Source of the DNA: Mobula hypostoma
Taxonomy: Eukaryota
Reading direction: 5' to 3'
Assembly (NCBI RefSeq): GCF_963921235.1
Contig: NC_086108.1
Location: forward strand, 77,254,001-77,318,000
Length of the DNA: 64,000 nucleotides
Both the position numbers and the translations under genes were made by a program. Position 1 is the first letter of the stretch; each line of letters opens with the position of its first letter. The notes under the pieces are model-generated. The model saw only the letters and a program-made list of their open reading frames with translations, had not been told where the DNA came from and made no database searches. Below, one piece after another: positions 36,311-47,844 of the stretch.

Positions 36311-37908
36311 TTCCCACACCCTGCACTTCCCGTTTCTACCTCCTACCCAAGATCCACAAACCTGCCTGTCCTGGCCGACCTATTGTCTCAGCTTGCTCCT
36401 GCCCCACCGAACTCGTTTCTGCATACCTCGACACTGTTTTATCACCCCTTGTTCAATCCCTTCCGACCTATGTTCGTGACACTTCTCACGCTCTTAAACT
36501 TTTCGATGATTTTAAGTTCCCTGGCCCCCACCGCTTTATTTTCACCATGGATGTCCAGTCCTTATATACTTCCATCCCCCATCAGGAAGGTCTCAAAGCT
36601 CTACGCTTCTTTTTGGATTCCAGACCTAATCAGTTCCCCTCTACTACCACTCTGCTCCGTCTAGCGGAATTAGTCCTTACTCTTAATAATTTCTCCTTTT
36701 GCTCCTCCCATTTCCTCCAAACTAAAGATGTAGCTATGGGCACCCGTATGGGTCCTAGCTACGCCTGCCTTTTTGTTGGGTTTGTGGAACAATCTATGTT
36801 CCGTGCCTATTCTGGTATCTGTCCCCCACTTTTCCTTCGCTACATCGACGACTGCATTGGCGCTGCTTCCTGCACGCATGCAGAACTCGTTGACTTTATT
36901 AACTTTGCCTCCAACTTTCACCGTGCCCTCAAGTTTACCTGGTCCATTTCCGACACCTCCCTCCCCTTTCTAGATCTTTCTGTCTCTGTCTCTGGAGACA
37001 GCTTATCCACTGATGTCTACTATAAGCTTACTGACTCTCACAGCTATCTGGACTATTCCTCTTCTCACCCTGTCTCTTGCAAAAACGCCATCCCCTTCTC
37101 GCAATTCCTCCAACTCCGCAGCATCTGCTCTCAGGATGAGGCTTTTCATTCTAGGACGAGGGAGATGTCTTCATTTTTTAAAGAAAGGGGCTTCCCTTCC
37201 TCCACTATCAACTCTGCTCTTAAACGCATCTCCCCCATTTCACGTACATCTGCTCTCACTCCATCCTCCCACCACCCCACTAGGAATAGGGTTCCCCTGG
37301 TCCTCACCTACCACCCCACCAGCCTCCGGGTCCAACATATTATTCTCCGTAACTTCCGCCACCTCCAACGGGATCCCACAACTAAGCACATCTTTCCCTC
37401 CCCGCCTCTCTCTGCATTCCGCAGGGATCGCTCCCTACACAACTCCCTTGTCCATTCATCTCCCCCATCCCTCCCCACTGATCTCCCTCCTGGCACTTAT
37501 CCGTGTAAGCGGAACAAGTGCTACACATGCTCTTACACTTCCTCCCTTACCACCATTCAGGGCCCCAAACAGTCCTTCCAGGTGAGGCATCACTTCACCT
37601 GTGAGTCGACTGGGGTGATATACTGCGTCCGGTGCTCCCGATGTGGCCTTTTATATATTGGTGAGACCCGACGCAGACTGGGAGACCGCTTTGCTGAACA
37701 TCTACGCTCTGTCCGCCAGAGAAAGCAGGATCTCCCAGTGGCCACACATTTTAATTCCACATCCCATTCCCATTCTGACATGTCTATCCACGGCCTCCTC
37801 TACTGTAAAGATGAAGCCACACTCAGGTTGGAGGAACAACACCTTATATTCCGTCTGGGTAGCCTCCAACCTGATGGCATGAACATCAACTTCTCTAACT
37901 TCCGCTAA
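36311..37908 (+). CDS. Penelope RT and GIY-YIG endonuclease (partial, open)
   Basis: FYLLPKIHK, PGRPIVS, TMDVQSLYT, AMGTRMGP, RYIDD, VIYCVRCSRCGLLYIGET; the first ~32 codons of the tracked ORF come from flanking CR1. Confidence 0.88.
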
Positions 37909-38204
37909 GGCCCCACCTCCCCCTCGTACCCCATCTGTTACTCATTTTTATGCACACATTCTTTCTCTCACTCTCCTTTTTCTCCCTCTGTCCCTCTGAA
38001 TATACCTCTTGCCCATCCTCTGGGTCACCCCCCCTCCTTGTCTTTCTTCCCGGACCTCCTGTCCCATGATCCTCTCGTATCCCCTTTTGCCTATCACCTG
38101 TCCAGCTCTTGGCTCTATCCCTCCCCCTCCTGTCTTCTCCTATCATTTTGGATCTCCCCCTCCCCCTCCAACTTTCAAATCCCTTACTCACTCTTCCTTC
38201 AGTT

Positions 38205-38240
38205 AGTCCAGACGAAGGGTCTCGGCCTGAAACGTCGACT
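38205..38240 (+). ncRNA. minimal type I hammerhead ribozyme motif with a core mutation
   Basis: AGTC-C[A]GACGA-AGG-GTCTCGG-CCT-GAAA-CGTC-GACT. Confidence 0.7.
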
Positions 38241-38557
38241 GCGCCTCTTCCTATAGATGCTGCTTGGCCTGCTGCGTTCACCAGCAACTTTGATGTATGT
38301 TACAGTTCATAGGCCTGCTTCTAACTTCCATCAAGGTCTTTTACCCCTTTGCAGTTTCTTAAATCTACTCACAAGGATTCTATATCTTCCAATGCTATGT
38401 CACCTCTTTCTAAGGATGTAATTTCTTTCTTTTACCAACAGAGCCACTCCCTCCCACCTGTCTGCCTGTCCTTTTGATACAATGTGTACCCTTGGATGTT
38501 AAGCTACCAGCTATGATCATCTTTCAGCCACGACTCAGTGATACCCACAATGTCATT

Positions 38558-40141
38558 CAGGTTTTCCCCGCCATCTGAAGGTAGAGCGTTCCTATGAAAC
38601 AGTTTGTAAGCCGAAATGTCGTAAAGCGAAGAAGCATTTACCATTTATTTATGTGGGAAAATTTTGTGACCGTTCGCAGACCCAAAAATAACCGACCAAA
38701 TCATGCCAAATAACACATAAAACCTAAAATAACAGTAACATATAGTAAAAGCAGGAATGATATGATAAATACACAGCCTATATAAAGTAGAAATACTTCT
38801 CTACAACGATTGCCTGCACAGATCTCTGTAGCGAAAATCTCACACAAGCGCATTTGGCAGAAAATCTGACGCAAGCGCTGTTGGCATAAACGCGCTCTCC
38901 AGTAACCTTTAAACTATGAAGCTGCCAAATCTACCAAGTAACATGTGAAAATACACAGCCTATATAAAGTAGAAATAATGTATGTACAGTGTAGTATCAC
39001 TTACCGGAATTGGGAAAACGGCGCCGAGCACACTGATAATGGTGTGTTAGACTGAGTCGTCGAAGGTTGGATGGTGCAGTGGCCCCCACCCTCCAGGTTG
39101 CCGACTGATACATTGCTGCGAAGCACGCAGGGGTAGCCGGGAGGCACACAGCACATCTTTAAGAAAAAAGCCAAAATAAACATGCTAATTAATTAGGTGC
39201 TGCCCGGCACGTAAATGTCGGCACAGATCAGAGGCGATTGCCGATTGCATCGGCACTGATCTGGGCCGACAATTACGTGCTAGGCGGCACCTAATTAATT
39301 AGCATGTTTATTTCGGTTTTTTTCTTAAAGATGTACTGTGTGGTTCCCGGCTACCGCTGAGTTCTTCACGAATCGGTACAGTATCTGTCCGGGGCCCAAG
39401 GGTTGGGGTGGTGGGACACGGGGGTGTCATCTCATTGTTGATCAGGGCAGGCAGCTCATCTTCTCCTATGGCTGCCTGCCTCGATGTCAAAGGTCGAGGT
39501 TCGTCGTTTGCTGTGGCTGATGTGGAAGGCTTGCTTGACTGCTGATCCTCGAGCATTTTTCTATCATACAGTTCTTTGTAAGAACTAAACCCATCTTGCA
39601 AATATCCCCTAAACCTACGTATCCTTTCAAAATTAAAGTTGTACTTTATCATTGCAGCGAAAATCTCATGCAGTTGCTTCACGGTCAGTTCCTGGACGAC
39701 TTCACTTTCGCTACTGCATTCGGTTTCGATTGTTATCCTTTCCTCTTCCAATTGCATCAGCTCTTCATCTATCAGTTCTTGGTCTTGGGATGCCAAAACC
39801 TCTTCAACATCATCTTCGTCAGCTTCCACAAACCAAACTCACTTTGTCCTTGCTTTGTTCGAAACGCTTAATTATGTCTAGTTTTACGCTAAGTGTAACA
39901 CCCTTACGAGCTCTTTCAGGGTTTTCCGACACCTTAGAACTCATCTTGCTAACGGCTGCTCAATGCAACGTGTTTAAGTGATGCCATTCAGAATCCAGGG
40001 GAGAGCGGCTGCTCGGGGTGCACGCTGCCTTTCTTCGTAACAGTAAAAACACCTTCTGAAAGCAAAATCAGAGTACTAATGTAGGTCTCTCGTAACAGTG
40101 AGGTTTCGTAAAGCGAACGTTCGAATAGCGGGGGACACCTG
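38558..40141 (-). mobile_element. Tigger/pogo deletion derivative, copy 1
   Basis: CAGG TIRs, TA at 40142; N-terminal KGVTLSVKLDIIKRFE and C-terminal EADEDDVEEVLASQDQELIDEELMQLEEE joined, DDE domain absent. Confidence 0.88.
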
Positions 40142-40299
40142 TACCTGCCATTTCCTAAATGCGCTACAAGATCATCTATCTTATTCTGTATACTGCATGC
40201 AAATGAAGCATCTTCAGTCCTGTGTTCATCCCCTTCTTCAATTTTCTCCCATGTTGCAGCTCAGCTTGCCCCATTGACTGTAATTTTGCACCATCATCT

Positions 40300-41228
40300 C
40301 AGTGCCAGACATGGTTATAAGTAGCACTGGGGCCCCACAGGGGACCTTATTGGCTCCCTTTCTGTTTATCCTGTATCCTTGGACTTTAGAAACAATATTG
40401 AGTCATGTCATCTGCAGGAATCCTTCAATGACTCAGCAATAGTCGGATGTATAAAGGAAAGACGGGAGGATGAATAAGGGCCCTGGTAGAAGGCATTGTG
40501 AAATGGTGTAAGCTGAATCATCCGGAGCTCAATATGCAAGACAAAGGAGATGGTGAAGGACTTTAGGAAGACTAAGCCTGCACAGCTCCCTGTTACTATT
40601 GATGGTGAGGGCGGGGATGTGGTTAAAACCTACAAGTACTTGGGGGTGCACCGAGATGTCAGGCTTGAGTGGAAGACCAACACAGAGGCTGTGTACAAGA
40701 AGGGCCAGAGTTGCCTCTATTTACTGAGGAGACTGAGGTTCTTTGGAGTATACAGGCCTTTCTTTTATGGTACTACCAGGCTGTTGTTGCCAGTACAATC
40801 CCCTATATGGTGGTATTTTGGGGCAATGGCCACAGGTGATACCAATAGGCTCAATAAACTGATTAGAAAGGCTGGCTCTGTTATAGGAGTCAAACTGGAC
40901 ACAATGGAGACTGTGGTGGAACAAAGGACTCTACGGAAAATCCTGGCAATTCTGGACAATGTTTCTCACTCTTTGCATGCCACCTTGGCAGAACAAAGGA
41001 GCACTATTAGTAATAGACTAAGACAATTGTGCTGCTCTAATGAACGGTATATGAGGTCATTCTTACCTCGACAATTAGGCTCTACTATCAGTCAACCTAT
41101 AGCCGGGGAAGCTTTTTGAGGTAACTTATTTTTTATTCTTTCTTACTTCTCTTCTAATATTTGTATATTTGGATATCTGTGCACTTGTAATGCTACAGTG
41201 ACACTTTGGGATGAATAAAGTATCTATT
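40300..41228 (+). mobile_element. Rex1-like LINE 3' part
   Basis: STGAPQGTLLAPFLFILY, YKYLGVH, RLNKLIRKAGSVIG. Confidence 0.85.
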
Positions 41229-42213
41229 ACACCATGCATTGACTTGTATACCGCCTGCTCCATCCTCAGCCCTATCACTTCAGTTCCCATCTCCCATCTA
41301 AATTAGGTTAAGCCCTCCCCAACAACTCTGGCAAACCTACCTACATGGATATTGGTGCCCCTCATGTTCAGTGTAACCCGTTCTTTTTGTACAGGTCATA
41401 CCTTTCCCAGAAGAGATCCCAATGATCCAGAAGTCTGCAATCCTGCCCCCTGCACCACTTCCTCAGCCATTCATTCATTTATACAATCATTCTCTTCTTG
41501 CCCTGAATAGCACATGGTACTGAGAGTAATTTCCAAGTTTCTACCAATGACGTGAGGGTTCTACTTGATGTTCTCTCACTATGAGGTAGAAGATGGTGTG
41601 TTCAGGTTCTCTTCTGAAGCAATTAGCAAATTCTTATTTTCAAAACTAGTTTGGAACTTCATGGCAGCACCAAGGGAGTGCTGTACATGTAGGGTAATGT
41701 AGTTGGTGGAACTGTACGAGTTCATGACCATCGACATTGGGTTGGGGTTCATTTTAAGAGGCTGGTCTGACCTGATGAGGTAATTGTCTAAAGTACTTCT
41801 ACCACACCTGGTGTTCAATAATTGAGTTGATATGATTTTTCTTAAACATAAAACACCTCCTTTGTTTTATTTGTGAAAACCTACACACTGTTAGAGATGC
41901 CATTTTTCAGATTAGATTTTAATCCGTCTTCTTGTCTTCTCTCTAATATTGATGCGCAAGTTCCCAAGACATTTGAAGGCCATAGTTAGAGTTATTTCTG
42001 GTACTCTGCTTAATAGCTATGTATTAATGAGTATCTACAGATTATTTATCATTTATTGCCACATTGTTTTGTGGGCTCTTGATTAGCTAACTTTTCTTAA
42101 TCACAGCCAGGAGTACTTCAAGAGTGCATCATCAGTTGTAAGGAGTCTTTGAATAATTTAAGCTTGCAAAAGTTGCTATATGAATGCAAGTTCTAGTGCA
42201 CAATTCCCATCTT

Positions 42214-42505
42214 AAACACAGGAAATTCTGCAGATGCTGGAAATCTTGAGTAACACACAGAAAATTCTGGAGGAACTTAGCAAGTCTGGCAGCATCTATG
42301 GAGGAGAATAAACAATTGACATTTCAGACAAAGACTCCTTCACCATCTTGTACTCCCCATCCTCTCCCAGTTGCTTATTTTGGCTTCTTCCCCCTTTATT
42401 TCCAGTCCTGGTGAAGGGTCTGGGTCTGCAATGTCGACAGTTTATTCATTTCCATAGATGCTGCCTGACCTGCTGAGATTCTCCAGCATTTTGTGTGTGT
42501 TGTTC
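42214..42505. mobile_element. palindromic Penelope terminal-repeat derivative
   Basis: Inverted arms (ctggaggaacttagcaag / cctgctgagattctccag) around a spacer with a degenerate hammerhead at 42404-42439. Confidence 0.75.
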
Positions 42506-43699
42506 ACACTTCCCATCAACATTTCAGGTCATTTTTTTTTTTGCTGAGAAACCTATAGCTCGAGGAAGCTTTCTTTCAAATCTGGAAGGCAAGCTCAGGG
42601 TCATGTCTGTCTCATATAACAATGGATCTTACCCTTTGACCCTACTTCAGAGCTGCCCATAGTTCACTGGCACTCATGAACTCCACTTATTTATGTGAGT
42701 AATGAATCTCAGTCCGAGATCATGACTCAGGTTCTCCTGCAACTAATCTGCCATGGAAGAACAACCAACCCTCCTTTCCTTGTCACATAATTGAATTGAT
42801 GGTTGTACAGTTGTCTCAAAAACATACAGGTTAATTACAGGAACATGAAATAGAAGAGTTAAGCCAGCTGAATAAGTAGAGCCAAAAGACCGTTCAATTG
42901 GCACGGGATATGCTGAATACAGTACATATCTTGCAGAGAATTGTACTTTACTTTGGTCTACCTGATACTTCCTTTTAATGAAGTTCTGTAAATGAAAAGT
43001 CCTGAAGGGGGTAACATTGGCGTCAGTTCTGAAAATAGAACTCAGTTGTAGAATATTCAGTTACGCGAATCAGACTTGAACTGCTATTTGACAGATTGTA
43101 AAGGCTCGATAAATTGCACAATTCCATGGTATACACTGCCTACTAGCATTAATGTAGAAGCTTGCCAATAACACATACCAACACATTCATGCAAATATGA
43201 TATGTATCTCTATGTGCAATAAATTTTCTTCTTGGGTGAAATCAGATAATGTTGTCTTTTACTCTTCAGCTCCTATTTCAATATTGATTTTAATGTGACA
43301 AGTCTGGAGGGCAGTTACTAAGCAAAAGGATGATTTTCGTTTAACAGGTTTTCAGGTTTAAAAATTAACTCCTTGGATGCTTCCTTTTTCGCGTTTTCTA
43401 TTGTTCGGTATGAATTAATGGTTCACAAAAAGGATCTAGTGCTTTGGTTCACAATTGCAGTGGCCCGTGCATATATCCACGTAGGTGAATGTGTCAGATC
43501 CTAACACTGGAAATGGATGCATGGAAAAAAGCAGGAGAGATCTGTCAATCGTAAACATTGCGAGGCTCTAATTTCAGACTGCTTTAACAGTACTGACTCT
43601 ATACAAAGTATTGTTGACTTGCCAACTATTTGTTTAGATAGGGAAGATGTTTGGCGATATAAGGGAGACTGAAGTATATTTTGAATGGAATAGAGGAAT

Positions 43700-44735
43700 A
43701 TAAGACCGTAAGACATGACAACAGAGCTACGCCATTTGGCCCGTTGACTCTACTTTGCCACTTCACCATTTCACCATTTTTTCTCTCTGCCCCAATCTCC
43801 TGCTTTCTTTCCGTATCTCTTCATGCCCTGACCAATCAACAATCTACCAACCTCTGCCTTAAATATACATAAACGTTTGGCCCTCACAGCTGCCTGTGGA
43901 AACAAATCTAACACTCTAGTTAAAGATACCCATCCTCATCTCCAGTCTAAAAGGAGACCCTTCTATTCTGTGGCTGTCTTAGACTCTCCCACCATATGCA
44001 GCATCCTCTCCACATCCACTCTATCAGGGCTTTTTACCATTCAATAGGTTTCAATGAGATCATCCCTCATTCTTCTGAATTCCAATGAATACAGACCCAG
44101 AGCCATCAAATGCTCTTCATATGACAAGCTGTTCAAACGTGGAATTATTTTCATTAACCTCCTTTGAACCCTCTCCAGTTTCAGCACATCCTTTCTAAGA
44201 TAAAGTGTCCAAAACTGCTCACAATACTCAAAGTGAGGCCTCACGAGTGCTTTATAAAGTCTCAACATTACATCCTTGCTTTTATACTCAGTCCTCTTGA
44301 AATGGAATGAAAACGTTGCATTTGCCTTCCTCACCACAGACTCAACCTTTAGGGAATCCTGCACAAGGGCAACCAAGTTTCTTTGTGCCTCAGTTTTTTT
44401 TTGTATTTTCTCTCCATTTAGAAAATAGTCAACCTTTTCATTTCTTCTACCTAAGTGCATGACATTACACTTCCCAACATTGCATCCCATCTGCTATTTC
44501 TTTGCCCATTCTCCTAATCTGTCTAAGTCCTTCTGTAGCTTCTCTACTTCCTCAAAACTACTTGCCCCTCCACCTTTCTTGGTATTGTCTGCAAACTTTG
44601 CAACAAAGCCATCAATTCTATCATCCAAATCATTAACATACAACGTAAAAAGAATTGGTCCCAACACAGACCCCTGTGGAACACCACTAGTCTCCAGCAG
44701 CCAACCAGAAAAGACTTCCTATATTCCCACTCTGC
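43700..44735 (-). mobile_element. CR1 3' fragment
   Basis: ORF 44041-44490 (LYKALVRPHFEYC, RMRDDLIETY). Confidence 0.88.
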
Positions 44736-44869
44736 TTAGCTGTTGGTGTTTACATTAAAAACCATTTTTATTCTGGTTGCATAAATTATTGTTCACATCA
44801 TTGAACATTTCCATAGATTGGAGATTTCAATCATTAACAAATATGAGAAAAATCATAAAAGATCCATTA

Positions 44870-45240
44870 AGGTCTCAGCAGTGGAAAGGGTGAGCAGTTT
44901 CACGTACCTGGATGTCAATATTTGGTGGAGAAGAGGTCACTAAACAAACGGAAAATGAGGCACATCCTCTCCTTGACCTACTGAATAAGCAGTGGAGCAC
45001 CCTCTCAAATGGGCTCATTCAGCTCTGCCGTCACAAGGATCCTTAGAGAGGATTTTCATATCAAATGTAATAAGCATATACAACAGTTCATCTCTGTGCG
45101 ACAGGAGAGCATACATCATAGTACAATTGTCTCTATTTTATTACTTTGTATATTATTATTGCACAGTATTGCACATTGGTAAATTATTACTGTGTATATT
45201 ATTATTCTATACTTATTATTAGTTAATATTATTATTATTA
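44870..45240 (+). mobile_element. degenerate Rex-like 3' end (resumes ~46807-46875)
   Basis: VERVSSFTYL-like start; AATATTATTATT occurs on both sides of the 45245-46800 insert. Confidence 0.5.
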
Positions 45241-45244
45241 TATG

Positions 45245-46800
45245 ATTACAGCTGAAAGCACTGGATACTGCGAAGGCTATGGGCGCAGACAAAATCCCGG
45301 CAATAGCCCTGAAGACTTGTGCTCCAGAACTTGCTGTGCCACTAGCCAAGCTGTTCCAGTACAGCTACAACACCAGCATCTACTTGGCAATATGGAAAAC
45401 TGCCCAGGTATGTCCTGTACACAAGAAACAGAACAAGTCCAACCTAGCCAATTATCGCCCTCTCAACCTGCTCTCAATCATCAGCAAAGTAATGGAAGGG
45501 CTCATCAACAGTGCTATCGGCAATAACCTGCTTACGGATGCCCAGTTTGGTTCCGTCAAGGCCACTCGGCTCCTGACCTCATCACCTCCTTGGTCGAAAC
45601 ATGGACCAAAGAGCTAAATGCCATAGGTGAGGTGCGAGTGATAGCCCTGGACATCAAGGCAGCATTTGACCGAGTATGGCATCAAGGTGCCCAAGCTAGA
45701 ATGGAGTCAATAGGAATTAGGGGGAAACCCCTCCACTGGTTGGAATCAGACCTGACATAAAGGAAGATGGTTGTGGTGGTTGGAGGTCAATCATTTCATC
45801 CCCAGGACATCACTGTAGGAGTTCCTCAGGGAAGTGTCCTAAAACCAACCATCTTCAGCTGCTTCATCGATGACCTTCCTTCTGCCATAAGGTCAGAAGT
45901 GGGGATGTTCACAGATGACTGCACAATGTCCTGCCCCATTCATGACTCCTCAGATAGTGAAGCAGCTTATAGCCAAATGCAGCAGGACCTGGACAATATC
46001 CAGGCTTGAGCTTACATGTGGCAAGTAACATTCGAGCCATGCAAGTGCCAGGCAATGACTATCTCCAACAAGAGAGGCTCTAACCATCGTCCCTTGACAT
46101 TCAGTGGCATCACTATCACTGTATCTCCTACTATCAACATCCTGGGGGTTACCATTGACAGGAAACTGGACTGGTCTAGCCATATAAACAGTGTGCCTAC
46201 CAGAGCAGGTCAAAAGGTAGGAAACCTGTGGCATGTAACTCACCTCCTGACTTCCCAAATCCTGCCCACCATCTACAAGGCTCAGGTCAGGAATGTAATG
46301 GAATACTCGCCTCTTCCCTGGATGAATGCAGCTCCATCAACACTCAAGAAGCTTAACACCATCTAGTACAAGGCAGCCCACTTGATTGGTACCCCTTCCA
46401 CAAGTATCCAATCCCTCCACCATCAATGAACAGTTGCAGCAGTGTGTACTATCTACAAGATGCACTGCAACGACACACCAAAGTTCCTAAGGCAGCATCT
46501 TCTAGACCCACGACCACTACCAGACAAGAGCAGCAGATACCTGGGAACACCACCACTTGGAAATTGCCCTCCAAGTCACTCACCCTCCTGACCTGGAAAC
46601 ACATCACTGCTCCTTCATTGTCACTGGGTCAAAATTATGGAATTCCCTCCTTAACAGCACTGTGGGTGTACCTACATGTCAGAGTCTGCAGCAGTTCAAG
46701 AAGGCAGCTCATCACTACTTTTTCAAAGGCAACTAGGGACTGGCAATAAATGCTGGTTTAGCTGGCAATGTCCACATCCTGTAAATGAATACATAAATAA
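45245..46800 (+). mobile_element. second CR1-clade lineage, 5'-truncated
   Basis: LKTCAPELAVPLAKLF, NYRPLNLLSIISKVMEG, GVPQGSVL, FTDD; distinct 3' end gcaataaatgctgg...aatgaat. Confidence 0.85.
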
Positions 46801-46879
46801 AATAAAATATTATTATTTATTATTGCGAAGTGTGTTTTAAATGTTGCTGCTGTAACAAAATAATTTCCTACTACATATT

Positions 46880-47456
46880 GATGCAACTACAAAGAAGGCA
46901 TGTCACCAGCTATATTTCCTCAGGAGCTTGAGGAGATTGATATGTCACCAAAGACTCTAGCAAATTTCTTCAGACAAAGTAGAGAGCATTCTAACTGGTT
47001 GCATCTCCATCCTGTTTGGGGGCTCCAATGCACAGAGTCAGAAAAAGCTGGAGAAGGCTGTAACCTCAGCAACCTCCAACATGGACACTAGACTCCCCGC
47101 CATCGAGGACTTTTGAGAAGACGATGCTTCAGAAAAGCATCATCTGTCATTAAGGAACACCACCCACCCAGAGCATGGGCTCTTTTCATTCCCACCATCA
47201 GGGAGGAAGTACAGGAACCTAAAGACACACTTTTTAGGACTGGCTTCTTCCCCTCCACCTTCAGAGTTATGAATGGTCCATGAGTCCATGAAGACTACCT
47301 TACTATCTTTTTCTCCTGTTGTACTACTTATGTATACAGTATATATATGATTTCTTATTGTAATTTATAGTATATTTTATGTATTGCACTCTACTGCTGG
47401 TACAAAACAACAAATTTCATGACATATGCCGGTGATAATAAATCTGATTCAGATTC
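46880..47456 (+). mobile_element. Rex1/Babar-like 3' fragment
   Basis: PSGRKYR...FFPST; tgattcagattc tail. Confidence 0.78.
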
Positions 47457-47844
47457 TCTTTTCCTATGGCTGAACTCGCCACTTGTAACTCTATGATAGG
47501 ACTTGACCTTGGCTTGCTGCACCTAAAGGGCTTCTTAACTCTAATTATAAAATTACCTGTTATTTGAAGTACTAGAAATGAAATAAGATAAGGAAATATA
47601 AGTAAATAACTTATTTGAACTTACCTTTTTAATTAAGATTGTCAACCTATTCCATTGAATGGGCTGTACTCCTTCCACCAGCCTTATCCTTAGAGTCAGG
47701 TCTGGAAGTGAAGCCCCTCTGCTCAGGGTAGGTGCATTCTATCCTGGAATCAGCAGAAGATGGTGAGATGGAATGAATTGATATCTGTTTTCCAGTTTTT
47801 CTCTAGATATGCAAATCAGAGATGAACTAGACATTCAGATCCCT

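Larger units (their letters stand above)
36311..38300 (+). mobile_element. Penelope-like element, 5'-truncated
   Basis: RT plus GIY-YIG ORF; flanking TACAGTCCATAG (36299-36310) and TACAGTTCATAG (38301-38312). Confidence 0.95.
34712..41525 (-). mobile_element. old CR1 (endonuclease and ORF1 end) split by four nested insertions
   Basis: Pieces 34712-34921, 36075-36310, 38301-38557, 40142-40300, 41230-41525 are colinear with the CR1 at ~49915-51010. Confidence 0.8.

Noticed and set aside
47624..47700. Minus-strand exon candidate ending AAG|GTAAGT (LTLRIRLVEGVQPIQWNRLTILIKK)
   Set aside because: Short acceptor tract, no partner exons found, peptide not recognised
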